Shown piece by piece: positions 1 to 12,446 of a stretch of DNA of 37,587 bases. The stretch is from Hydrurus foetidus. Its lineage: Eukaryota. The DNA lies in contig UYFQ01000202.1 in the NCBI GenBank assembly GCA_900617105.1, positions 62,001-99,587 of the forward strand, written 5' to 3'. Made by a program: the position numbers and the translations under genes. Position 1 is the first letter of the stretch; every line of letters begins with the position of its first letter. Below the pieces are notes generated by a model. It was not told where the DNA came from and did no database searches. It saw only the letters and a list, made by a program, of their open reading frames with translations.

Positions 1-1686
1 TCAGCCCGACTGAAAAGGAGTAGGAGAAAGAAAACAAGCACAGGAAGGCTCCGAACAGAAAGCGCAGTACGTAGGAAGGAAAATATATTTCTGCTCTCCC
101 TTCATCCAGCCCCCCTAAAGGAAAATAAAAAGAAGAGGAAAAAGGAAGAAGTAAAGAAGAAGAAAAAAAAGAAGAATTCAACCAGTCATTAAGATGGTGT
201 TCATTCGTCAAATTGGGAATACTGGTGAAGTTAATGTGTGGCAACCTCTAAAGGAGCGAAATGGATGAGTGAAGAGACCAAGTGAGGGAGGGAAAAGAAA
301 GTGAGGGAGTGAGGGAAGAAAGAAGGGGGTATGAGGGACAGGGAGAAGAAAGAAAGTGAGAAAAGGAAGAGGGATGCACTATGATGTCTACGGCTGATCT
401 GAGAACATGCAGGGCATCAATTTTACAGCATAGAACAGAACAGAACAGAACAGTGCAGCGCAGAACAATATAATGTAATAGTGCAGAGCAACATTACGTT
501 ACAGAACTTATAAATGGTGCCAAACAACATTACAGAATAGTACAGTGCAGTACATCAGTTACGCAGAGCAGAACAAAAGAGCAGGGCAGAGCAGAAAGGA
601 CTCACCCACATAGACACACGTGGCCGCTCCAATCCAACTAATGCCCATACTGCAACATCCAAAGATGAGAATGAATCTTCTGCCCCATATGTCGATGTGC
701 GCTAGTCCTAAGAATGTTCCTAACAGGGCTGCGATGTACGCTAGAGATAATCCCAACAGAATGCTGTGGACATTTATCAGCTGGAGAAAATCGGATCCGA
801 ATGTCGTGATGATGTTTATGCCCAGCATTTGCTGGGAGAGTTGCATCAAGCAGCAGACGAAGAGTCGGTATCGAATCGTCTTGGAGGAGAGGATGTCTGT
901 CCAGCTTTCCCCTAGTCTCGCATCGGAAGACAGTGCGAGGTAGATGTCGTTGAACTCTCGACTGACATCATTCGTTCTTCTCAGCTGACGCATCGACTCC
1001 AGGCACTCAGCAGGTGTGTGCAGTGCGAGAAGCCATCTAGGTGACTCAGGCAATAGCAGCAGCACACCCGCCTTGATCATCAGCACTATCACCGGCACTG
1101 TCAAACAGACGCGCCAACCTATCGCATAGCTCCTCAGAAGATAGAAGAGAAGCCCTGCCATCAAACTCCCAGTAATTGTCGTCAATCCAAGCATACCGAT
1201 CGTATAGCCCCTGTGAGCCGTAAGGGCGATTTCACTTGTGTAGACTGGTGATGTCGATAACAGAACCCCCAAAGCCCATCCGACAAAAAATCGAGACGTC
1301 AAAAAATCCGCTCCTGATGTCGTCAGTACATTCCAAGTAATTGCAAAGATGCATATGATGGACGTATATATCAAAGTTGTTTTTCGACCAAAGATGTCAG
1401 AAAAAGGGAAACTCATTAGAGATCCCAGAATCTCTCCAGCATAGAAGAGCATGATAAACCGATCAGAAAATTTGGAGTCATTGTGACGGTACATCTCCTG
1501 TAGAAATGCATTATCTACCAACATCATTCCAGACAGAGTTGTTAAGAATCCTTGTACTAGCCCGGAGAGGGACCCAAAAATTGAAACAATAGTCAAATAG
1601 TCATCCCTTGATATTTTCCTGAGATTCTGATCGATAGAATCCATTGGCGACAAAGAGAGTAGGAAACTGAATCGATTTCGAGACAT
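1..1686 (-). CDS. MFS sugar porter family transporter (3' end runs off the window)
   Basis: ORF 559-1686 has sugar-porter motifs (SDIFGRK, PVYTSEIA..HRG, LPESPRWL, QQMLGINII, IDIWGRR). GT donor at 605, AG acceptor at 116/115; exon 114->1 continues in frame (GLDEGRAEIYFPSYVLRFLFGAFLCLFSFSYSFSVGL). Confidence 0.9.
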
Positions 1687-3943
1687 GGCAACTTTGGCTG
1701 ACTTGAATTGTCTAAATTGCAGAACTTCGCAACTATGTCAGGAATAACTTCTGCAACTGATTCTCATTAAGGCATTTCGCGAGCATATGCTATGCAGATA
1801 CCTCTCGAAATAATTTGCAATTGGAATCGAGGTGCTGCCAACGATGGAGCTCGTTAGATTCTCCTCGACGACTCTACTGGAATGATGCTCGAAGCTCCAG
1901 CTCGAAGGTACCCTGATACCTGATAACTAACCAGCAACAAACTCGAACTATTACAGTGTATACCCGTACCCGTACCCCGTACGGTACAGGACACAGTCCA
2001 GCGTCCAGCAGTAGTATTGAACATGAACAGCAGAAACCGTACAGGGTGTAGGCCAATCCAACTCAACTTAAAACCCTTCCCGTGAGGGGCGCCGTGCATA
2101 AAAATCGTTCTTATCACAGTACTGGTCAGAAAGCCCTCTTATCCTAATTTTTAAATGAACTGGTGTAAAGTGTGTGATAGAAGGTAAAGTGGAAGTATTC
2201 GATAGTTCTACTGCATCAAACTAAAAACTAAGCCACATACGATTGAGGGTATTGACTTCAACGTTACACATCAATCAGATCAGATCAGATCAGATCAGAT
2301 CTGATCACTGTATGTAGACCAACACATCTCATGTCATGTCATGTCATCTGATCTCATGTCATGTCTTGTCATCTGATAAAATTGACTACCTGATCAATTG
2401 TCTTGCCTTGCCTCATCTCGGCACGCGTGGTTGAAAGAATTAAATTCCTTCGGCATGCCATAGATCATTCTGACTTGCCCCCATCGTCTTTCGTTCCTCA
2501 CTACCCTGCCATGCACCAACTTTCATCACTAAAACTTGGAATTCATCAACTAATTCTTTCTGATAGATGTAGTCGCTGTATGGGTGACGTCTTCTTACGT
2601 CACAGTCGATGATAAACAAGAGCGATGTCGGACAGCAGTGGAGATGATATGATTCATCATAGCTCTAGTGTAAGATTTAGGCGGATGGTGTAGAGTCCAT
2701 TTCGAGTTTATAAGTCTAATTCTAATTCGAATTCTACAATATGCAATATGTTCATCTACAATGTGTATGCAATATGTTCACCTATTCGTACAATGATGTA
2801 CATCAGCACAATTGAGTTCTAAGACCTTAGAGATCGGATTCTAATTCAATTCAATTCAATTCACTGCAACACCACAACCGACCAGACATCGCAATGTCAT
2901 ATGACGTGATTTAATGTGACGTGATGTGGTGCAATATGACGTCATACAATGCGATACGACCCAATGCCTTGAGTACTCATTAGATATAAACCTATCGATT
3001 AGCGGCGCAACTCAATTGACGTTGCAGCAGCATAACGATTTTGATACAGAGTCCGAGTCTTTTAAGATGCCACGGACTGACTGACTGAGGGGCACCAAGA
3101 GTACCCTCCCCTCTCCCCTTCTTTCCCCTCCCCTCCCCTCCCCTCCCTCTCCTTTCACCCCTCCTCTCTTCATCTCTCCTCTCCTAGTCTACAGACTGAA
3201 GAATGGAATGGAATGAACTAGACTGTGTGCTGCCCTTTGTTAGGGCGCTACTGATACTGTCACTACTCTATCACGACACTCAATCACGTATACTGCGTTC
3301 ATATATAAATCACAAATTACGAGTACATAGTTTGCAGCACTGCACTGAGCTACACTACGCTTTACTAAACTGTTATTGTAGATACGATAAGATGCCTAGC
3401 AATAGCTATAGCAGCGACTAAATGACGAAAGTGCATCGAAACCGTTGCACGGAATCCACATAATGGCTGTATGACTAGACAAATAAAAAAATAGATATAA
3501 ACACATATTACGCAGGCTGAACACAACACACGTACTACCTCACTCTCTCCTCTAATTGACTATCTTCTCCCCTCCCACCCCGTCAACATCACCCATGATG
3601 TCGATAGAACGACACGGTGGAACTAACACCGGTAACACCACACAACACAACACAACACAACACAACACAACACAACACAACACAACTTTTCATCTCCTCC
3701 TCCTCCTCCTCCTTCTTCTTCTTCTCCTCCTCATTCACATCTGTTCCACACCCCGAGAATTACGCGTGACGTATGCGCTGTAGCAGTGACGAATTCGTAA
3801 ATCGATTTGATAGATAGAGGGGAAGCCCATCAGTTTAAGATGACGATAGATCCCATCCTATCTCATTTCATCTCCTTTAATCTCATCTCATCCTAGATAG
3901 TATCATACCAGCTCATTTCCTCCCATCCCATTCCATTCCATGT

Positions 3944-6900
3944 CTATGTGTTTCCGAATGTGTTGTGTTCCTCGTGAGCAGTCCTCACGCTGCGCTGGAC
4001 GTCGCCATCGCTGATAGTCAGTCTGTGAGTGAAGCAGACAGGGAAGGATGGACAGTTATATTAAAATGGAGGGACACGCGATGTGAAGAATATTTCATAC
4101 ATTAAATGAAACTGAAATGGATTTGATGAGACAATACGATACGATACGATACTATGCTATACAACACGATGTAAGGCGCAAAAGTAAAGAAATCGAATCA
4201 ATGGTAACGATGATAATGGCGACGTATGAACCAGCTCAAAACAGAACAGAACAACACAGAACAAAACAGATCAGCGCACGCAGATTGAAGAAAAGAGGGA
4301 GAGTACTTGAAGAAGACGAAGGGCAGTCGTTTCTTCTTCGCGGCTAATTGCTTCGAGTCTGATGCACCATCCCCCTCCCCTTCCTCCCCTCCCTCTCCCC
4401 CTCCGGCTACTTTCCCTTTTCCCTGAAAGTCATCCTCAAAGCCATCAGCACACACAGCGTCAAAGTCAGTCTTGTGGTACTGGTTGTTCGGGTGGGATGC
4501 GCCTTGATCCATCTTGTACCGCACCTGACGGGCACGAGGAAAGGGGAGAATGGATGAGGATGATTAATGCTATTTAGCTTTTATGATCGTTCACATTGTG
4601 TTGTGTTGTGTTGTGTTCTGTCGTGTAATGTGGAGTAGTGTTGTACTGGATTGTGTTGGTGTGATGTTATATCGCACGAGATGGCTTAGGATGAATTGGG
4701 GCGGAGTGTTCGGCACAGAAAGTTGATCTCGCCATGCCGAATGCAGTGAAGGTCGCGGTGATGGAGAACTGATGGCTGGTGGAGGGCAGCTCTCACCATG
4801 CTCAGCAGGCTGTCCTGATTGTCGCTCTGCACCAAAGACAGCGCATCAGCGGTGGAGTACTCGGTCTGTGAGTAGGAGTAAGAGTAACAGTCAGGGTTAG
4901 AGGTGGTGATAGAATCATCGAGCAGAGGTAATGAGAGTCAGAGAATGAGAGGAGGATGGCGTGATGGGAAGTTCCAATGAGAGTTCCTGCGATGGTAGTA
5001 GATTCTGTCTTCTTTGGAAAGGAAGATCGATTGAACGTTTGCACTATACGTTTTGGCAGTAGCAGCGATCACTGTCATCGAGTGGGCGCCGAATGAACTT
5101 TGAGCAACTTCAAGTGTTGTGCGCTTACTCACCACTTCACCTGTCCACTCGTACTGCAACCTCAACGATTCCTTGTACTTGCAGCACAGTGCTCTTCTCT
5201 GCTCGGTGTAAAGGAGAGGGAGAGATAATAAGTGATGGAGAGAAAATGACTTGGAATAAAAGAGGAAAAATTACTTGCCATGTACAGTACGATACTGCGC
5301 TTCGCTCTACTTTACTTCACAACAAGTTACTCCGCTTCGCTATTGCACACTTCTTTTTGTCGAACTATACAAAGCTATATAATACTGCACTCTGTCACTA
5401 ACAGCGTAGTGTTCTACTTGACGCAACACAACACACTGCACCCCATCTCTATCTACACCACACTGCACTCATCTCCACTCCGCTGCATTGTGCTGCAATG
5501 CAGCACACCACCTCAAAGCCATAACAATGCGCCACACACAAAGTAACAAAGCATATTTGATGCCATTATCTAAATCAATACATGGACTGACTAGACCCGC
5601 GTCATCACACCGCTCACCGCTTGGACCATCAGATGTTTGAGGTACGGAGCTTTCTCGGAGGGAGAGAGAACATAATCAGCGACATCGATCACACGTCCGT
5701 GGCCCTTACAGATTGAACGTATGTGATATGGTAAGGAAAAACATGAGTCTCAAGGTAAGCAAACAGACGGGGAGGGAAGGGATAGGGAAGAGGTGGTGAA
5801 GGAAAGGGAAGGGGAATGGAGTATTACGATAGCACGGACAGCAGGTAGGGGTAGGACACCTTTATAGCCATGTCTATAGTGGCTCTCCTGTGCTCTAACG
5901 CGATCTCCATGCTGCAAGAGTAACGGTCAAAGAAAAGGGAAGGGAAGAGAATGGAGCTGACTGAGAAGCAGCAGAGTGAAGTAGAGTAGAGCTGCTGAAG
6001 TTACTTCTGAATGGATATGCGGAGTGCGATAGAGTGGAGAGAAATGAAAAACATAGTAGAGTGGAATCAAGTCGATAAGTGTAGTGCAAAATTAATTTGA
6101 AGTACATCACAACACAGTCACTACAATTACCAAGACCGCTACAGTCTACAGTTGCCATCATATCATGATATCTTACACCCCTTCGGATGAACAGGAAGGG
6201 GGTCTCTTAGTTTTTGAAGTACGCATGTCTTTTCTCCGCATTTGATCCAGTGTTCGTGATGAAGGATGCTGAAGCGGGAAGGGAGGAGGAGGAGGAGAAC
6301 ACTGATGAAGATGAGGTGGCGGTGGAGTGAAAGGTCGGAGAGAGCAGGAAGATTGAAGGGGTCGAAGAGAAGGAGGAGAGAGAAGAAGAAGAAGAAGGAG
6401 TGGAGGGGGAGGAGGAGAACAAATGACGGGACAGTGGCGTGCTTTGATTCATCAGTGCAGATGTCGAGTGGGAGTGATGGGGGGACTTATAGGGGGAGGA
6501 GGACCGGGGTCGGAACCTCCCAGGAGAGGAGAATGGAGGGAACACTGTGGAGTTGCACTTAGATGTAGGTGTTGATGGGGACTTGCTGCGCTGTGCACTG
6601 GACAGTGAGGGTGAGCCGGTGCGATGCTGATGAAAGCCACTACTGTTAGTGTTGGTGTTACCACCATCATAGGCACTGCTGTGATTACTGTTGGTGTTGT
6701 TGTTATAGCCACCAGGAATGTGCATGTCACTGGGATAGCGCTCGTCACAGCAGACGTCATCGCCATCCACACTGCTGTTCGTGCTGTTGCAGTTACTTGT
6801 GTACTTACTGTTATTGTTGCTGTTATAGTTACTATGATGACCATTGTTCGTGTTATTCATTGCTGACTGATATCCAGGTATTTGAGAATGGGACTGAGAA

Positions 6901-9900
6901 TGGGAAGGGAGATAGGTATGACCCTTGGTAGGGGATAGTGCACTTGTGCTAGTACTAGTGTGTATCTGCGTGTGCGTCACAGGAGGTCCTGAAGCGCCAC
7001 TCATCATTTTCAAAGTTTGGATTCTCAGTGCCTTGACAGCGCTCTATCGAAACAGAATATTGAGGAGATTAAAGATACAATAGACAGTGCAAATATTTTC
7101 GTCGGTCTAGGTTGGGAATTAGTATGAAAGTCAGAAGAGCGTGCATTGAACATCAAGTAAATACACGGATATCACGGGACCCATACACGAATATCACGGG
7201 ACCCATACACGAATATCACGGGACCCATACACGAATATCACGGGACCCATACACGAATATCACGGGACCCATACACGGATATCATGGGACCCATACACGA
7301 ATATCATGGGACCCATACACGGATATCACGGGACCCATACACGAATATCATGGGACCCATACACGAATATCACGGGACCCATACACGAATATCATGGGAC
7401 CCATACACGAATATCATGGGACCCATACACGAATATCACGGGACCCATACACGGATATCATGGGACCCATACACGGATATCATGGGACCCATACACGGAT
7501 ATCATGGGACCCATACACGAATATCACGGGACCCATACACGGATATCATGGGACCCATAATAGAGTGCTCGCGTTGAGTGACTGGATTCAAGTCACATGT
7601 GTTAAGCACCACACAAGACAAGATAGCTAAGGCAAGACAAGACAAGACAAGATAGCTAAGGCAAGACAAGACAAGACAAGACAAGACAATATAGTTAAGA
7701 CAAGACAAGACAAGACAAGATAGCTAAGACAAGACAAGACAAGATAGTTGAGACAAGACAAGACAAGACAAGATAGTTGAGACAAGACAAGACAAGACAA
7801 GACAATATAGTTAAGACAAGACAAGACAAGATAGCTAAGACAAGACAAGACAAGATAGCTAAGACAAGACAAGACAAGACAAGATAGTTAAGACAAGACA
7901 AGACAAGATAGCTAAGACAAGACAAGACAAGATAGCTAAGACAAGACAAGACAAGACAAGACAAGATAGCTAAGACAAGACAAGATAGCTAAGACAAGAC
8001 AAGACAAGACAAGATAGTTAAGACAAGACAAGACAAGATAAGACAAGACAAGACAAGACAAGACAAGACAAGACAAGACAAGAAAAAGCAAAGCAAGGCT
8101 ACTTAAAGCAGAATCTAAGTGTAAGAAAAGTAGGCCAGTCAGTCTTGATAAGAATTACTCACATTAATGTAGAGCAACTCAAAGGCATCCCACGTTCTCT
8201 GAAGCGCTGTCATGTGATCAGCTTTCCTCCGCAGAAACTCTCTGCAAGCCGCTTGTACTGTCTTTACGCTCTTTAGGTACCGCAGCAGATACTGAGAAGA
8301 CATCTGACAATCAAGTCAAGTCAAGTCAAGTCAAGTCAAGTCAAATTGTACAACACATGAGATGGGACAGATAAGATGACATAGGATAAGGTGAGAGGGG
8401 GTAGGAGAGTTGTGGTAGTAATCAATTCACGGCGATTCATAGCAATTTATATACGGAGTAAATGGAAAAGATGCAATGTAGGTAGGGTAGAGATGGGTAA
8501 TATTGAAGTGGGTGAAGTCATCTAGAGAAGATGAAGGCACACACAATCAAATAAGTTACTCTGTGTACTGTGCGCTATTCAAGGTTTTGAGAAAATGCGC
8601 TGCATTGCAGTGCAGTATGGTGTAGTGCAGTGTAAGGCGATACTGCATTGTGGAAAGTACACACAGATATATGAACACAGTGCACATGTCGAGAGCCTGA
8701 GTATCTGCTGTGAGAAGCAGTGGTGGCTTGAAAAGTTGACAAGGGAGGGGAGGGTGCACAGACATGACATGGATTAGAGCACAGCGCAGCACAGTATAGG
8801 ACAATACAGCATAACACAGTATTGTACAGCATAGCACAGCACAGCTTATCAGAGACTGGGCTAGGATAGTATACAGTTCACTACAAGGTACAACAGCTGC
8901 AAGCAAAGCGAGCACATGAAATCGCACCCATACAACGCATCATATGCATGCAGACATTGAAGCAATACAGCACGGGATGGGGATGGGGATGATTCTGATC
9001 TCATCTCTTCTCTTCTTCTCCTCTCTTCTGTTTTCTTATACCCTGCTCTGCCCCTCTCTGCTTTGCTTACCCCGTGTGGGTGCGCTTTACACGTGAGGCA
9101 CACTGCGAGAAAGTGAGACACACGGTCTGCTGCTCTCTTCAACCTCCACGCATGCACCTTCAGAGTAGAGAAGATAAGATGGGTGGGAAGAGATGGAGGA
9201 GTGGCACCCGGTGAGAGCTATCCGCAGGAGAAGAGGTAAAGAAGGGTAGAAATGGTCCATCGGACACCACGCGGCAAGTGAAGTGGTGCGAAATGGAATG
9301 CACGCAAACGAACATACAGCAGTGACCAAGATTCTCGATTAATCTCACATGCGTAGGAGATGAAGTCACAACATGACGTTCCGCTTTTTTGTACACAACA
9401 GACGCTATATTAGAAAACATCAAACCATGACACAACGATAGACTGCACTGCACTATATAACGTTACACTGTACAACAGCACAGCACAACACAGCACGGCA
9501 CAGCACATCGCAGCACAACAGAGCATAGCAAATCACAGCACGGTAGGTCACTCTTTTCTCTCACCATTTGAATGAGCCTTCTCACAGCCGCTCTGTGTCT
9601 CTTCATCAGCTGCACTTGAAGGACAGAATACCTCTTTCCACGAAAGCGCAAACATGCTCGAAGAATGAGCCACCCTGCTCTGAGCTGCTTCCTCGCCTCC
9701 TTCTTCCTTCCCCACTCCTCTGCAACTGTTCTGATGAGTCTCTCCCTCACCGCCACTGCGACTACTGCTGCACTCCAGAAACGCCTCCTAGCAGTCATGG
9801 GGTCGAAGGTGATTCCTCTCTTCTCTCTCTCCCTCTCTCTGTCCTTCAATCTGCAAGGCTCTTTTTCCTTATCCTTCTCCTCGTCATTTTTACCTTCTTT

Positions 9901-11560
9901 TTCCCTATCGATACCTCTCTTCTCCTTTTGGCTTTGTATTGAAATAAGTGACGGTTTCGAAGGTGTTGATACTCTGCTGCTTCGCGCGCTGTTGCGTCCT
10001 CCTCTTTCTCGCGCTCTCTCCCGCCCCTTTTCCCCCGTAACTGCAACAAGATGGCCTGTTTTCTCTCCACGACAAGCTCTCGCCTCGAGGTGAGGAGCTC
10101 TTTCCTCTTCTATCAACACATTTGTGATTGTGTGTGATCCAAGTGCAATTCGACATCTTTTTTCTGTGTCCCAATTTCTATCTGTATCCCTGCTATTTCT
10201 GGACAATCCCAATCCGTGCATTGGCAGACTTCTCGTGTTCTCCATCGCTGCAGCTGCTCCTGAATTCATCACATTTATTAGATGGCGAATTAGATAGTTA
10301 GGTGCAGTATTGATCTGGATAGAACAATAGGGAAATGCCGAGGATTGATGAGATGGGAGAGGTTGCACTGATCGAGTGGTCTCAACACAAAAACATTCCT
10401 ATCATGCAATTTGCGTGATGTGACGAACAAGCGAGGTAATTACGTGAAACATTTGACCGACAGAGAGCCCTTTACAAACCACATCAACACAGGTGTACAG
10501 GAGAAAAGTAGAAATAAGGACAGGAAAGAAATAGACAGTTTGACGATGATGAAAAAATAACAGTTTGAGATTTCGCACCGCTGTCCGCTGAAGAGGCTGA
10601 GTTGGGTCCTGCAGCCGATCTGACTCTGTCATCCATTCTCCCTATCTTTACAGTGGACAGAACAGAACGGTGCACCATCTTGCTTGAACAAGGACTAGGA
10701 GCAGGAGTTAGAGTAGAAGAAGGATCAGAGGGACTAATAGTAGTGTGTGCGTCTCCTTCTTTAGAGCCAGTATGATCCATGCAGTCCTCAGCCCATGCAA
10801 TGCACTGTCTAGACGATTCTTCTTTCCCAATATACAGAATGTTCTTAGGAGAGTTACTCGCAGATCCTGAAGACAGCCCCGCCACACACACAGGAGTCAG
10901 GGTACCCGAAGATCCAAGACATCTTCTATTGCAATCCTTTGTGGCCTTACTTCTCGCCCTAGAGTGAACTGGCGAATTCAGCCTGCTTGACGGTCGAGAA
11001 GACGCTCTAGAGGGTGCTGCGGAACCAGAAGTCGTTGAATTGTTGGTGAAGCACTCGTCCAATTTCTTTCCCCTTGCAGTGATTCCATCACTGGAGGACG
11101 GGAGTCGATTTCTTCCATCCTCCTGTTCTATATCGAAATCCATTTGCTCGTGCAGTGCCTCAGAAATTTGAGTAGCGATCAGAATTGTTGATCGCGATGC
11201 ATGAGGATGTGGCCCCTCCTGATTCGTGCCAACTTTAAACAGAGAAGGAAATTCTACAGCACTTCGTGGTGGTGACAGAGAGTCGAACGGTTTCCTTATG
11301 ACCTCGTCGCATTCATTGTCAGGTAGATTTTCACTAATATAACCGTTGCTCCTAGAGCCACGTCTACTTCCAGTTGTCCGTCTTGTACCACCAGCAAATC
11401 GGTTTTTCTTCACGAAAAGTGTCGTTCTGGATTTCAAAGTCACTGCTGGAGCCTTTAGAAGTGACAGAGAAGACATCACTTTGAGAAATAATGTCTCCAC
11501 AGGCTGTTTCAATTCAGAATCGTTTGTGCTCGTCAGGGTAGGTTTCACACATTTATCCAT
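3944..11560 (-). CDS. Large multi-exon protein of unknown function with IQ-like motifs and low-complexity regions (gene model approximate)
   Basis: Long ORFs 10484-11560, 9463-10368 and 6207-7013, plus short GT-AG bounded exons read by eye: ~9071-9157 (VHAWRLKRAADRVSHFL), ~8164-8304 (SQYLLRYLKSVKTVQAACREFLRRK, IQ-like), ~5619-5710, ~4798-4866, ~4300-4524 and a last exon ending at TAG 3944-3946. Could be more than one gene. Confidence 0.5.
7161..7558 (+). repeat. 22-bp minisatellite, about 18 copies, unit ACACG(A/G)ATATCA(C/T)GGGACCCAT, intronic
   Basis: Direct tandem copies with no spacers; only two variable positions. Confidence 0.95.
7614..8095 (+). repeat. (AAGAC)n pentanucleotide array with recurring GATAGCT/GATAGTT variant blocks
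   Basis: Visible directly in the sequence. Confidence 0.95.
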
Positions 11561-12446
11561 CGGATCGTGCCGATATTATCTCTGAAGGATCCACAGACAG
11601 TAATCTTGCAGTCTGGGGCAATCAAGTAGATCCACGGAAAAAATGATAGTCTCACATTGATTCTGGCAAAATTGAGCTAGTTAGATAGTGCTTCCGTCAG
11701 CAATCTGCATAGATCTCTTTTAAAATTGCAGGAAATCTTCAATCTTCGGCTTCACCTACACTTCAAAGTCCAGTTATGTTTTTTTCAGTTATTTATTTTG
11801 TGATCGAGCGAAATACGGAATCAAATATCAAAAAATACACAATATTATGTAAAATATTGCTTTTGTATTCTGTACGGTACCTTGCCACTTTGCCACACGT
11901 CTCGTTTGTTACCTTAGGCCATTCCTTAATCGCAGTCACTATCATTGTCGGTGTCGGTCTCACACTTATTTTCACTATCACTATCGGTATCGATGCCTCA
12001 CTAAAAACAGCTGTCAGTATAGGTGTGTGGTTGAATTTGACTACGGTTACCTCGGAGGATCTGTTGCTACTCCTATCTTTTGTGTCTACCGTAGGACAGG
12101 AATAAATCATGTTCGCAGTATGGCCGCTGACACCACTTCGCAAATACTGTGTACCAGACACGATAGATTCACTCACATACGCTTCAATGAGACGGCGATG
12201 GCAAAGAGGGATTTTGTGGAGACAATATATTCGTTAAGAAATGGATGGATCGGTATACATTACATTACACAGCTTTCTAGAGAATTTGGTTAGCTCCCAA
12301 ATGGTTACATCATGTACGATAAAGCGAGGGTGATAAATGACGCATAGTAGTGCAGGGCAGTGCTGTGCAATGAAGCATCGCACTAGGGTGTCTGGACTCG
12401 GCGCTTAAGGACTTCTTATCTCTCCGTCCCGTCCCGTCCCGTCCCG

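Noticed and set aside
7161..7558. CRISPR-like array, or a 172-aa repeat protein
   Set aside because: Units are contiguous with no unique spacers, there are no cas genes, and the context is a eukaryotic intron. The ORFs arise because the 22-bp unit is stop-free.
11776..12293. Short overlapping ORFs between the two large host genes
   Set aside because: No recognisable motif or consistent exon structure; probably UTR or intergenic.
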